Below, piece by piece: positions 13,512 to 26,797 of a stretch of 64,000 nt of DNA. Below the pieces are notes generated by a model. That model was not told the DNA's origin. It searched no databases and saw only the letters and a program-made list of their open reading frames with translations. The first letter of the stretch is position 1. Each line of letters begins with the position of its first letter. The translations under genes were made by a program, and so were the position numbers. Source of the stretch: Octopus sinensis (Eukaryota); NCBI RefSeq assembly GCF_006345805.1, contig NC_043004.1:84320001-84384000 (forward strand). The letters run 5' to 3'.

Positions 13512-14341
13512 TACAGTAGTTATTTTAATACTCATCATAACGCGATCGAATAAAAGAGAATGACAGATTCAACGCTGTTGTTAGAAGCATATGGCGTGGT
13601 AAACAAAAGAGAAATTTCAAGTTTGAAATGCCATCGTTCATTCGTCTGATAGATAATGACTGATCAGGAGTTTAATAAACAACAAATCGTTATCATCAGT
13701 CATTTTGATATTATTTGTCTAAAACGAAACAAAAACATTATAAATGTAATCAGAATCCTTTTTACGACGATAAACAAGGCGTGTATTCCATTCTGTGTAG
13801 TGTGTTGTACAGTAATGAACTATATTTCACATGGAATAACTTTCATACTAACATTTCAATATCGTGTAATTAGCAACAAACAAAAGCAATAGGGATAGTT
13901 TCATTCATAAATGCTAGCTGTAAAAATTCCAGCTTAAAATACAGAGATATAAATTAATAGGAATTAACATCTTCAATTTCTCGTAAACAAAGATATGTAT
14001 ATATATATATATATATCAATAATAAAGGGTGAAATTAATTAATTTAGAAATAATCATTAATTTCACTAAGTAGAGTTCGGCATTTAAAAGACCCATTTAA
14101 GGAAGGTTTAAGTAATACTAAGTAATTAAGGGTTCAGCAACGACTTGCCTCACCACACACCGAATTTAGAAATAACAGTCAAAAAGTGTTGTCTATTCTT
14201 TCTACTCTTGCTACCGTTGGCCTTCTCGCTTAGCCAGCGGTGTGGTATCATTTGAAGGCTAAAACAATGCGAAAGACATTGTAGCCAGCAATATGTAACA
14301 ACATCTGATGGCCTGGTGGGTCACGTGATCCCGTGATATAT

Positions 14342-14389
<48 letters not shown>

Positions 14390-14420
14390 ATGATATCACA
14401 TGATATCACATGATATATAT

Positions 14421-14648
14421 ATCAAATGATTCACACCGCTGGCTAAGCGAGAAGGCCAACAGTAGAAAGAGTGAGAGAATGTTCTGGTGAAAGAGTACAG
14501 AAGGGATCACTATAACACCCTGCCGGAAACTCCTGGAGGTTTAGGTGTTTAAGCTCAATAAACACTCACAACACCCGGTCTGGGTATCGAAGCCGCGATC
14601 CTACGACCGCGAGTCCGTTGCCCTAACCGGTCGGTCATTGCGCCACCA
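14421..14648 (-). mobile_element. SINE family C, second tail type
   Basis: Same head and body as 15114 (gtgtttattgagc..aacacctaa..gtactctttcacca). Its tail matches 14198-14256 in inverted orientation. Confidence 0.8.
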
Positions 14649-15113
14649 ATATATACATACATACATACATACTAATAAAGGTCTCAAATTTTAGCTCAAG
14701 GCCGGCAATTTCAGGATAGGTGTATGTGGATTTCACGGATACCAGTGCTCTACTGGAGTAGGATTAATGACGAGTCGACCTTGGCGGAATTGGAACCTTG
14801 AATGTAAAGGGAGGCGAATGTCACTAATCATTTCTTCCAGGCGTGCTAGCTGTTAGTCATAAAAGAAAAAAAAGAGACGAAAAAAGGTGAAAATAAAAGA
14901 TAAAATGGCAACTGAGGATACCAAATTCTTGGAATCAACCGCTATAAAATATTTACGAACATCCAAAAACTTATGAGATTATCATAGCTGTTCACCTTCT
15001 TCCTAACAAGATGTGCTTGGTTAGAGTTAACTACAAATAATAACTGCAAAATAATTACATTCGGAAAGACGTTGACGATATGAAGTATTACCTGATATAT
15101 AATAAATAATTTA

Positions 15114-15622
15114 GAGGCGCAATAGCCCACTGGTTAGAGCAGGAGACTCGTGGTCGTAGGATCGTGGTTTCGATTCCCAGACTGGGTCTTGTGAGTGTTT
15201 ATTGAGCGAAAACACCTAAAGCTCTGCGAGGCTATGGCAGGGGGTAGTGGTGAACCCTGTTGTACTCTTTCACCACAACTGTCTTTCACTCTTTCTTCCT
15301 GTTTCTGTTGTACCTGTATTTCAAAGGGCTAGCCTTGTCACATTCTGTGTCACGCTGAATTTCCCCTAGAACTACGTTCAGGGTACACATGTCTGTGGAG
15401 TGTTCAACTAGTTGCACGTTAATAATTGAGCTGTGACTTCACTGGTGCCGAGCTGTATCGGCCTTTGCCTTTCCCTTAGATAACATCGGTAGCGTGGAGA
15501 GGGGAGGCTGACATGCATGGGTGACTTCTGGTATTCCATAAACAACCTTACCCAGACTTGTGCCTCGGAGGGTAACTTTCTAGGTGCAATCCCACAGTCA
15601 GTCATACATGAAGGGGGTCTCA
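15114..15622 (+). mobile_element. SINE family C, third tail type
   Basis: A/B-box head gaggcgcaatagcccactggttagagc..ggtttcgattccc, the shared body, then a ~320-bp distinct tail. Confidence 0.82.
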
Positions 15623-16312
15623 ACAATAATAAATACTTTAAAAAATGGCTGCTTACACATCAACCTAATAAAGTCTACTGATATTTTGAATGGCGTGCAA
15701 AGTCAATATTGATACAGAGTGCAGCAATAACAAAGTCGAACTGCGTTATAAGTGCATTATATAGGAATTTATGCACTGCATAATTGGTATTTACAAAAGA
15801 CTAATTAAATGAAAGACGTATTAAAACTGTTGTTTATGTCGAAAGCCTAGAATTGTTAAACATTAAACCAAAATGTATAAACAACGTTATGCTGCAATGT
15901 AAAAAAAAGTGGGAAGTTAATGAATATAAAGGAGGTTGATATAGTGAATATAAAGGAGGTTGATATAGTGAATATACTGAGTGTTATAAATTAGGGGAAA
16001 AAATAACGACCTTAGTAGAAAGATGAAGGCAGTTCTTTAAATTAAGAATGCACCGAAACAACGGCAGAAAGTAATGCATAAGAAGTTTCTTACAGAAATA
16101 TAGAATGTCGATGAGTTGAATGAGTTAAACCAACTAATATTTAAATACAAAAGGGAAAGATAACAACCACGATATTCTACTTAAACTAAGATTTATTTAC
16201 ATGAGGAATCGATACACAGGGAAATGGGAACATATACATTATTGATGAAATTAATGCATGCGTATCAGTACATCTATTTAGATATCTGTATAAGTATATA
16301 TAAATACACAGA

Positions 16313-16712
16313 AGGCGGCGAGCTGGCAGAAAGGTTAGCGCGCCGGACGAAATGCTTAGCGGTATTTCGTCCGTCGTTACGTTCTGAGTTCAAATTCCGC
16401 CGAGGTCGATTTGACTTTCATCCTTCCGGGGTCGATAAATAAAGTACCAGTTTCGCACTTGGGTCTATGTAATCGATTTAATCCCTTTGTCTGTCCTTGT
16501 TTGTCCCCTCTGTAGGTAGTAAATAAATAGGTATTTCGTCTGCCATTACGTTCTGTGTTCAAATTCCACCGAGATCGATTTGCCTTTCATCCTTTCGGGG
16601 TCGATAAATATAGTACCACTTTCGCACAGGGGTCGATGTAATCGACTTAATACCTTTGTTTGTCCTTGTTTGTCCCCTCTATGTTTAGCCTCTTGTGGGT
16701 AGTAAAGAAATA
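16313..16712 (+). mobile_element. SINE family B dimer
   Basis: Head plus two units; 18-bp TSD tatatataaatacacaga at 16295-16312 and 16713-16730. Confidence 0.92.
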
Positions 16713-17316
16713 TATATATAAATACACAGACCCAAACACACACACATATGTATATATAGCATTGTGCGTATGTTTTGTGTGTGTATAAATGTATACAAGA
16801 TACAGACACATGAATGCAGTCTATATAAACTTCCTTGATCTAAGGGCAATATTTAATCCTCGAATGTGCACAAGTACACAAAATGTAGTGCGCAATAAAT
16901 TTATGTCTGTGAATTAAAAGAAGAAGCGTCTTCAAATATAAAACATGAAAGTTTTATATTACATTTGCAAGGGTATAGCTTATGGGGAATATTTAATTCG
17001 TGTCTCATAGAAGTAAATTATCGTAGTAGTAAGTAAATTTGGACACCAAAACTTGCTGAGTTACTTCTCTCTTAGGAATGGATAAAATTACGAAGGTTGT
17101 GCATTCTATATATAAAGAAACATATCATAAAGTTAGTTATAAATTACTTTATATTTCATTATTGAGCAAATATAATGGGCTGGCACTTATAAAAATATGC
17201 TATACTGCTACACAGTTGATCGACACACTTGGTGGAAGAGACTACAATATTGCTTATCGTAGTGCGTTAATAGTTAATATTGAGTCAGTATGATAGCGGT
17301 ATTTTATTGAAGAGGA

Positions 17317-17550
17317 AAGGCGGACAGCTGGCAGAAAGGTTAGTGCACCGGCGAAATGCATAGCCGTATTTCCTCTGCCGGTACGTTCTGAGTTCAAATT
17401 CCGCCGAGGTCGACTTTGCCTTTCATCCTTTAGTGTTCGATTAAATATGTACCAGTTACGCACTGGTGTCGATATAATCGACTCAATCCGTTTGTCTGTC
17501 CGGGTTTGTACTCTCTGTGTTTAGCCCCTTGTGGGTAGTAAAGAAATAGG
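17317..17550 (+). mobile_element. SINE family B monomer
   Basis: Head plus one unit; TSD tttattgaagagg at 17303-17315 and 17554-17566. Confidence 0.9.
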
Positions 17551-17970
17551 TTCTTTATTGAAGAGGGAAAATAAATCTATGTGCGTTACGAAAGATCAAG
17601 TCGGTTTCTGAATGTCATCAGCAAAGTGTTAAACCATTCTTAGATTTGTTTTAACAGACTCTTCTATACCCCGGAACAAATTTACATTGCTATTTGTAAA
17701 TAACACACCTTGTACTTGCTGTGTTTGAAATTAATTTAATGTAGCCACACGAAGTAGTGACGTTTCAAATAAAAGTATTATATTTGTAATTAACATATTC
17801 TTGTACAACCAATGGTTTCGAAGATTTAAGATACAGTCGTGATTGTCTCGGAGAAGAAATTTTCCAAGTAGACTTCATGTTCAAAAATATTTCGAGTAGG
17901 ACTCAGAATTATATCAACGGTAGTTTTGACATGTGACACATTCTTTTGTTATGTTACATCCTTTACAGAA

Positions 17971-18345
17971 AATAATAATGATAATAATGAAATTATTGTA
18001 TACTGTGCTCAGGTGCACCACAACTTGTCAGGAAGTGCATATAAAGTACATGCAGTAATGTAGAAATCTCTGGAAAGCGAACAATGTATGAGTTAGATAC
18101 ATGCTTGTGCGTGTATGGAGGGGAGACAATCAAGTGTAGTGTTGGCGAATCTCAGGAAGCATGGAAGTTTTGAAGGATGCAGTGCTCCGACAACTAACAA
18201 CTGATGCCGGCAGTTTGTTCCATGCTTCAGCAACTCTCAGCGTGAAAAAATGTTTCCTGAAGTCATGGGAGCTGTGCTGTTTTCTTACTTTGTAAATATG
18301 TCCCTGGATGTTAGATGGGTGGATGTTGAAAAGGTGTTCAAGTAG
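17971..18345 (-). mobile_element. CR1/L2-clade LINE 3' end
   Basis: Minus-strand QGHIYKVRKQHSSHDFRKHFFTLRVAEAWNKLPASVVSCRSTASFKTSM is the typical ORF2 C-terminus. The 3' UTR has ggtgcacctgagcac and an (ATT)n tail. Confidence 0.88.
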
Positions 18346-18639
18346 AATCGTTCGCAGTCCATTAAGAATTGCTTTCATTATTTGTAAACACAAAACAAGG
18401 AGGTTGAGGTTTCTAAGGAATAAGGCGTTAGTATAATTTTCAATACATATAGAAAATGGGTAAATAAACGCTGCTGTTATAATCAACGAGGAACTGCATT
18501 TTAGGAAATATTAAATATAGAAGAATGAAGGAATAGATGGTAAGGAATGTGCAGATTTCAGAATATTAATCATTCTTTATCATATATATTGTCACATTAT
18601 TTCTAGAAAGAAGAATATTTCATTTTATAGGTGAGCGGG

Positions 18640-18677
<38 letters not shown>

Positions 18678-20215
18678 TATATATATATGGGTCCTTTTTC
18701 GACTGTTAACATTTGTGACGAAGAACGGGCGAATAAAATATCGACGGAGGCGTTAAAATGTATCACTACGGAAAAGTTCCAGCGTTGTTTTGGATAGTAG
18801 AAAGTAACTGAACAACCGGGCACTAATATAAACAGGAGTAAACGATGTAAGCTTTGCTTAGCAGACTGTGCAGGTATCCTAAAAAAAAAAGAAAACAGGC
18901 TCGACCCGGGACCTTTTCAAACCCCACGAAAGAAATATTAAGTAAAATCGTCATGTAAAACGTTTCTTCCTTCAAACTTAAAATTCCCAATTTATTGAAT
19001 AAGACTGCCGTAGCACCTAGGAATATCGACACGGGTGGAGGCGATGTAACCGTTATAACGCCGTCCCGCTAGCAGCACCCCTGCGGTGTGTATGAATGAC
19101 TATGCATATACGTGTGTGTGTGTGTGTGTGTGCATGTATGTATCTGTCTGTCTGTCTATCTAATTATCTGTCTCTCTATTAAGTTACTTTTAGTACTTCT
19201 CTGCACATAGAACGAGAATAACATTTGTCTCAGTATTTTAATCTGCTGAACAAATTTCGTCCAATATTCTTCATATATAAATACAGAAATATTCTAAACT
19301 ATTGTATTGGTTATAATTTTAGTGGCTTCCGCGTAATCTAAGACGGGGAACAAAAGGAAATATCAAATAGCAATTGTTAGCAACTTTCTCAAAATATCTG
19401 ACTCGGACATTTTGAATGATGCTGGAATTTCCTTCCCCCAAAAGGAAACACGTGAAATTGTTTTCTTGCTCATGATATGTTGCCAAACCTGATGGTTGGT
19501 TACAATATCGATCCATCTCTCTGCACACCAGATTCCTATTGGAATATGGGCTCCTCTTTCTTTACATAGGAGTTAATAGAATTCTCCAGAAGGCCTCGTG
19601 AGGATGTTACATATATGGAGCGGTCATATATTGAGTTCTCATATTTAAACAACAAATGCTAAACAAATATTATACCAGTGAATGTCAAACAAAGGATCTT
19701 AGCTGATATGCAATTTTATCTCGTATATTCTGTGATTGTTATCTCGTATATTTTAAGAATATTTCTATGTATTCATGTAATAATGTTCAGAAAATCATTC
19801 CTCAGCAAATTGCTAAAGTTTGATGATGGTATATAAGCGAGTTTCAATGGATTGATTCAACCTTATTCAAAGGGAGATATGTATAATTTTGACAAGAATA
19901 GAAATGACACAAGAATCTTGATCATATTTATGACTGTAACTGATTTTAAAATTTTAAAACGAAGCATACAAAGTTTGATAATGTATTGTGTCCGATGGCC
20001 TCAAGCACCACCAATTCAAGACTATTGCAATAAAAATATTCCTTAGAAATCTTTAGGTTTGACTTACTTGGAATGTCTAAATACTTGAAGAGGATTTATT
20101 TTGTCATAAAAATTATAACACTAGACGTTATGTCCAAAATTTGGGAGCAACATTATTTTGTCTTCGCGCCCACTTGTTTTCCTCTGTATACCAGCTTCTT
20201 TTATTTGTGAGTGTA

Positions 20216-20470
20216 GAGAAGCAGTGGATTAGTGGTTAGGGTGTCAGCATCATGATCGGAAGATTCTGGTTTCGATTCCCGGACAAGGCGACGCGTTGGG
20301 TTCTTGAGCAAAACAATTCATTTCACGTTGCTCCAGTTCAATCAGCTGGCAAAACTGTGTAACGCTGCGATGGACTGGCGTGCCGTCCAACAGGGGAACA
20401 CATACGTCACTGAAACCGGGAAACCAGGCCCACGAGCCCGGCTAGATTTTAAAGGGTGCATTTATTTTAT
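20216..20470 (+). mobile_element. tRNA-derived SINE with CORE-like and Meta-like blocks
   Basis: Head agtggttagggtg..ggtttcgattcccggac; ttcttgagcaaaac; gcgatggactggcgtgccgtcca..gaaaccgggaaacc is shared with 4885-5193. Confidence 0.78.
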
Positions 20471-21095
20471 TATTTTATTTGTCCAAAATTACAGATTATA
20501 TTCGAACTTGCACCATTACATCTGAATTAATATTTCCTAGTACGTATCTACGCTGTAAACATCTATATATTTGGCAATAATTTGTTCAATGGTTATCGGA
20601 GATGAAACGGATAGAAAAAGCAATGTAGATACAAAAATATATATGATCTATAGTCTTTCATCTTGAAAGATGATGCTAATGGCCTGTAAAATTATGGCTT
20701 TGCCGTTTTATATTTTCATAGTATTTAGTTTCGCACCGCTACGTGATCAAATTCAAATTTGATTTTCTCGTGTCGGTTATAGAATTACCAAGAATATACA
20801 CAGATATGTTAATTTGTACGTGCATTCTCCCATAAAGCGTTGGCCTTACGTCTTTTGGATGCGATTTTATTAAATATCCATTTACCTTGATATAATAAAG
20901 TATTGAGAAAATTAAATGAGAGCATTTCTTGATATTCTTAATATTTTAGTTTCAGAATGTGTTGAAAGTAAAAAGGAAGTCACAAGTCGAAGTAGCATGA
21001 GCCATGAATTCGAAATTTGATATTAATATACTTTCAAGTATGTAAATAGTTGAAATACATCTTTAAAAACACATTTATATAATCTATAATACTGA

Positions 21096-21149
<54 letters not shown>

Positions 21150-23087
21150 GAAAAATACACACTGGGACGAGAACGTAAAACATTTAGAAGACGATACAAA
21201 AAACACGGACGGGACATTCGAAGCCTTCAATCTTCAGTTAAGAACCGGATCATCCTAGCAATTTCGGCTGATTAATCTTGAGATCGCTCCGATCCGGCCA
21301 GCCCTAAGGACAAACTAAGCTACGAGCATTAGATTTCTTGGAAAAAAGGATCGAATGTATACGAAACAGGGACAGAAAAACGGACGATGCCACACGAATA
21401 TAAAATATAAAAAACAATAATGGTAAAAACAGGACAAAAACAGCGGGTGTCTTACGACTAATAGACAGTCAAATTTAGTTTAGCTGGCGTATTTGGAAAA
21501 AATGCCTTTTTCGGCAGACGAAGACAACGATTTTCTCATGGCGCTGGTTATACTTTTCTTTCTTGCTTTGTTATATATTTTGTTTCTTTCGTTCACTTGT
21601 TTCGAAGATGCAGTAATGCATTCAAGGGTTTCGTCGATGTATTGATCTCAGTTTCTGAACGGCCAAAACTTTATTTTATCGATACTTTATCATCGAACTG
21701 CTATATAATGGCAGGAAGGAAAAGTGTAAAACAAACTGACTTAATCAAAGAAACGAAGTACATAATCTAACATCGAAACTGAATTATTTTACACTCAGGA
21801 CCATATATGAGTATGTTATGTTATAAGATTAATAGTATAGCAGTATAATAACAAATAACACAATTACACATTAACCGAATAACTGTAGAACTGGACGAAG
21901 AATATATTCCAGGAAATCATACAAGGTTTCTGCAGCAAAATTATTTCCCCCACTTAATAGAATGTTTCAAATTAATACCATTACAAAAGCTCGTCTATAT
22001 TCCTAATGTTCAGCCACCAAGGAATCAAATTTCCGTACTGCATTCATCATCGGAAAAAAAGTAAGAAGTCACAACAAAATCATAAACACAACTTCTAAAG
22101 AATTATACACTTTGAAAATTTAGGGCATCAGGTATTTCATACTAGCGCAAAATTATTTCATATGCGAGATTAAAAGAAACTAAATAGCATCGGCAGATTT
22201 ATAGACATAATCGGAAGTTTAGATATAGAGTGGGGCCATAAAAATTTTTGAAAAAATTATTAAAATCCTCAAATGATGCGGTTGAAATGATGATAACGAA
22301 AATATTCTAACATTTCATATATAAGGCCTATTTTATTGACGAAACATTCAGCAACCCAGTACGCCAAAGGGAAATGCACGTAAGAACATATGAGAATCTA
22401 CTAAAAGCCATGCTAATATTAAAACGGTGTCTGTTTAGTATATCTGATGAAGGTTAGAAATACGATACCGATTGTTAACTTAAGCAACAAATCCCCATCA
22501 TTAAGGTGAAATAGTTGAAAATAACATGTTTGCGTCAGTGTATGTTTGTATATATATAGCAAATTAGACTTGTTAGAAGGCAGAATAAAAATGAAAATGG
22601 GTGTTTCTACATAGTGCAGGATGTGTTAATTGTGTGAGATCCGTTTAACCTCAATATCAAAGTTTATTGAAAGCAAACATTCCAAAAAATATACTTAAAC
22701 ATAAACATAGAAAACCGGAGCAATGCGTGACTCATATTTTGGTTATTTAAATTATTTTGGCATGTCTATTTGTCTGTATGTAGTATGTCTTATTTACAAG
22801 AATTGTCTGGGACCATAATGTTTATTGGCCATATACATGAAGACCAAAAGTATGAAATTATTGCCTGTTTTTATAAGTGGCTGAAAGAGCAACAGACCTT
22901 TAAAAGAATGCACAATCCGTATGCTGAAGTGATGTGTATGAAGTTATGTACGTATAAGATATGAAACACTAAATAAGCGTTGTGACAAACATTTACTAAA
23001 AAACTTTATAGAATATGATAAATTGGCAACAGTTTTGTGGAACATGTACATTGTATCTGATGATTTGATAAATGTAAACCATTGAGA

Positions 23088-23402
23088 TTTACCAACCACA
23101 AGGTTCTGGGTTCATTACAACTACGTGGCACCTTGGGCAACTGTCTTCTACTATAGCAAGTGTTTTCTACAGTGTATGTATGTGTGTATGTGTATATGTT
23201 TGTTTTCTGTGTTTGTTCCCCCAACATAGCTTGACAATCGATGGTGGTGTGTTTACGTCCCTGTAACTTAGCGGTCCGGCAACAGAGACCGATATAATAA
23301 GTAAAGTACTAGGCATCCAAAGACTAAATCCTGGGTTCAATTTGCTCGACCAAAGGCGGTGCTCCAGCATGGCCTCAATCAAATGACTGAAACAGTTTAA
23401 AG
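23088..23402 (+). mobile_element. SINE family A interrupted in its tail by the hAT element
   Basis: ttaccaaccaca...caccttgggcaa...ggcggtgctccagcatggcc..aaatgactgaaacag; the tail resumes as agtaaacagag after 25780. Confidence 0.85.
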
Positions 23403-25772
23403 CAGTGATTCCCAAGGTGGGGCGTACGCCCCACTGGTGGGGCCTGAGAAAATTCAGGTGGGGCGCGGGGCATAGACGTGGGCTGTGAAAATATTTGTAC
23501 ATGACGAGCGGTCATCGCGGGCACAACCTTAGATTCCGTCTTTCCTTTGAAGCCTCCACATCGGAAACTCTCGCACCCCAGCGAGACAAAGAAGATCCCG
23601 CACTGAGCAATAAACTTACTATTCAGATAAGCCAATCAATTGCCTCAATTAATTTGCCTCAATTAGTCTTTTGTTAGCCCTATTGAAAATGAGCAAACCA
23701 AACAAGAAGAAGACTCGTCAATACGCGGTGGAGTTTTTGAAGTTTGGATTCATTCCTGATGAGCATGATGAGCGTAAACCGTTTTGCTTATTATGTAATC
23801 AGACGATGAGCAATGAGTCAATGAAGGCAGGTAAGCTGGAAGCGCACTTAAAGGTAAGACATCCTAATAATTCAATTTAGATTTGGAATACTTCAAATCA
23901 TTGAAAGAAAAATTTAAAAACGAACAAAACTCACTTCACTATTTCATGCAAAACAAGCGCCTCATACTCGTGCCCTTGAAGCCAGCTACGAAATCTCCTT
24001 GCTTATAGCAAAAGATGGAAAGAATCACACTATTGGAGAGCAACTGATTAACCTGCTATCTCAATATTCTTAAAAACTGTATTACAAAAAGATGATGGAG
24101 ATATCAGGACTATGCCACTCAGTAATAACACTGTCTCGAACAGAATAGATGAAATGGGGCAAGATGTTGAAAGCCAGCTCATTGAGAATTAAAATTGCGT
24201 AAGTTTTCATTACAAATGGACGAATCCACAATCCGGGACAGTGAGGCTCTGTTATTGACTTATGTGAGGTATATTGACCACGAGGAGTTTCAGGAAGAGA
24301 TGCTGTTCTGCGTATCGTTTGAAACCACCACAACTGCAAATGATATTTACATCAAAATCAAACATTATTTGGATGCAAACAAAATACCAAAGGAAAACTT
24401 ACTGGCATGTGCGGCAGACGGTGCACCTGCCATGATGGGCAAGAATACGGGATGCTTAAAAATGATGAAGGATGAAAATCCAAACATGTTGACTGTCCAT
24501 TGTGTAATACACCGAGAAAACTTGGTTGCCAAGAAATTGTCCCCTGTTCTTAACAAGATTCTTCAAAGTGTGATCAAGTGTGTCAACAGCATTAAAAGAA
24601 ATTCTAAATTTGAACGTCTTTTTAAGCAGTTTTGTATAAATCAAAGTGCCGAACATGTTCGATTATTGCTTCATACAGAAGTAAGATGGCTATCAAGTGG
24701 AAACTGCTTAAAGAGGTTCATGGAATTATTTGATCAGATTAACGACTTTCTTAGTGATAAATGTGAAATGAAATTGCTGTCAACAACGGATGGAAAAGCA
24801 TTTGTCAGTTATTTGACAGACATATTTGAGAAACTTGGAAACTTGAATAAACAACTTCAAGGTGCAAACATGACACTTATTGATGCAAAAGCAAAGATTT
24901 TTGGATTTATTACAGCTCTCGAATTATGGAAAAAGAAATTTTCCAAAAGAAATTTCAGTGAACTTTACTGGTTGAGTAAATGTGAAATAACGAATGATGC
25001 TGGCATTGTAATTATTGATCATTTAAATATCTTGATAAAGGATTTCAATGACAGATTTTGCGATTTAAAGGCAATGAATTTTCCTTCTTGGTTAACTCAA
25101 CCGCTTCTGATTAACGTTTCTGATGCTACAATCCAATACCAAGAAGAGTTATCAGAATTACAACATGATGAATCAGTGAAGACTTTGTTTAAATTGAAAG
25201 GTACAAAGATGTGGCTATATGACGAGGTTGAAAGAAAATATCCTAAAATTTCTACATCAGCGAGAGAGCTACTGATTCCTTTCCCTTCGTCTTATTTGGT
25301 CGAATGTGGTTTTAGTGCAGTTGATAATTTGCTCGAAGCCAAGAGAAACCGGCTTGAGATTACAAAACGTGGCGATTTACGACTGAAATTAACAAAGTTG
25401 TCTCCTCAAATTAAAAACTTGTGCTGTATGCATCAGGCACAGGGTCTCACTAAATTAGTCGAGCTGACCGTCAAATAATTGAACTGAAAAAATGTGTTTC
25501 TTTATTCTTTATAAATTGACATTTTTTAAAAACATGAGAAATCGTAATAATTTTATCGATTTATTGGGTGTTATGCACTTTCAGTGCCTGTTGTTTCAAT
25601 TCTCAAACTATTTTTTTGTATTTTGAATACAATTTTTTAATTTTTGATATTTTTTCAATTGTAAGTAGGCCCACATGTACTTGTAAATGTGAGTGGACAT
25701 GGGAAAAGGTGGGGCGTAAAAACTTTTGCTATGAAAAAGTGGGGCGCCGGGAAAAAAGGTTGGGAAACACTG
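23403..25772 (+). mobile_element. Full-length hAT DNA transposon (Buster/Charlie group)
   Basis: Left TIR cagtgattcccaaggt (23403) matches the reverse complement of the right end, cagtgtttcccaacct (ends 25772). An identical 8-bp TSD GTTTAAAG with central TA lies at 23395-23402 and 25773-25780. Subterminal GTGGGGC(G) motifs repeat at both ends, and there is an internal transposase. Confidence 0.97.
23689..25453 (+). pseudogene. hAT transposase (ZBED5/SCAND3/Buster-like), ~589 aa after correcting five -1 frameshifts
   Basis: N-terminal BED finger (CLLC...HLKVRH), then ASYEISLLIAK..HTIGE, PLSNNTVSNRI, catalytic MDEST, AADGA, CVIHRENL, TEVRWLS and SYLVECGFS, ending HQAQG(S)H*. The span of 1765 nt + 5 = 590 codons, with no in-frame nonsense codons once corrected. 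Confidence 0.93.
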
Positions 25773-26413
25773 GTTTAAAGAGTAAACAGAGGAAACAGTG
25801 TATCTTAATCAGATGGTTTATGATATCCGTAAATCAACACCGAGGATACAGTTGTTGCATGATCTTAATTACCAACCCAGCACTTAGGTATATATTGAAA
25901 AGAATTCTATTGACACATGTGCCTTTCCTTAAATTAACATATAGACCCAGAATCTCAAACTTCAAAAACGCTGTACGTTTTAACTTAAACCAAAAAACGA
26001 GCGATCTATTCTTTTTCAATCCAAAGGTGAATTATCACGATAATTTGCATAGACGATAATTTGCATAGACGGTAATTTACATAGACGAAATTTAACAGCT
26101 TAACAAAAAAGAAGGGATATCCTACCGCCATTCAATAAACTAACAGTGTTTATAAAACCCGAGATCTAAAATAAATTGAAAAGAAGTTAAATTTACACAG
26201 GAAACCACAAAACAAATTAACGAAAACGTTAAACAAATGGAAGGACACCATCAGCAATGCGAAATTTGATTATACAATATTGTTAACACTGCAAGAACAT
26301 GGAGCTACAATCCCTGGCGCTTGTTGTAGCTGTCAGGAACATGTTTAAGCAACTGAGAATAATAATATTAAATATAGCAACAAAAAACAGCAATCACAAT
26401 ACTATGCCTGATA

Positions 26414-26446
<33 letters not shown>

Positions 26447-26797
26447 ATACTAACAAACAATACTACTATTTCTCTAGGAAATATGTCTAGGCTATAGCAA
26501 TGCTTCCATTAACACTTGCTGCCAAAATGCGTTGATTTTATAGTTACTGCTGAATAGAACCTATATGTTGTACATTGTACTGAAGTATAATATAACCTTG
26601 AGAAATCATGACACTTATTACAGATCGGATGATGGTAATCATAATATTCGGTAATAGAAATTATATAGAAATTGACATATGAGAATTCAGTATTGTACAG
26701 ATGACATAGCAAATGTTGAACAGACAAAAATTATGGCTACAGTAAAAATAAGTACCAACCGAGGAAAACTGCCAAGATATGAAACAATCCCATACGA

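Noticed and set aside
15921-15976. 24-bp tandem repeat (also 16-bp x3 at 26041-26088 and a ~45-bp duplicate at 960/1263)
   Set aside because: These are simple slippage duplications without spacers, so they are not CRISPR-like.
17590-17630. Minus-strand CTGATGA-cattca-GAAA
   Set aside because: There is no stem II pairing and no stem I. Similar lone cores at 4779, 22444, 35683, 41235 and 45352 also fail.
19460-19570. Peptide ...SYWNMGSSFF reminiscent of a K2P channel pore helix
   Set aside because: A stop codon follows immediately, there is no TIGYG filter and no splice donor.
25568-26059. 163-aa ORF overlapping the hAT right end
   Set aside because: It crosses the TIR/TSD boundary into flanking DNA and has no domain, so it is a chance frame.
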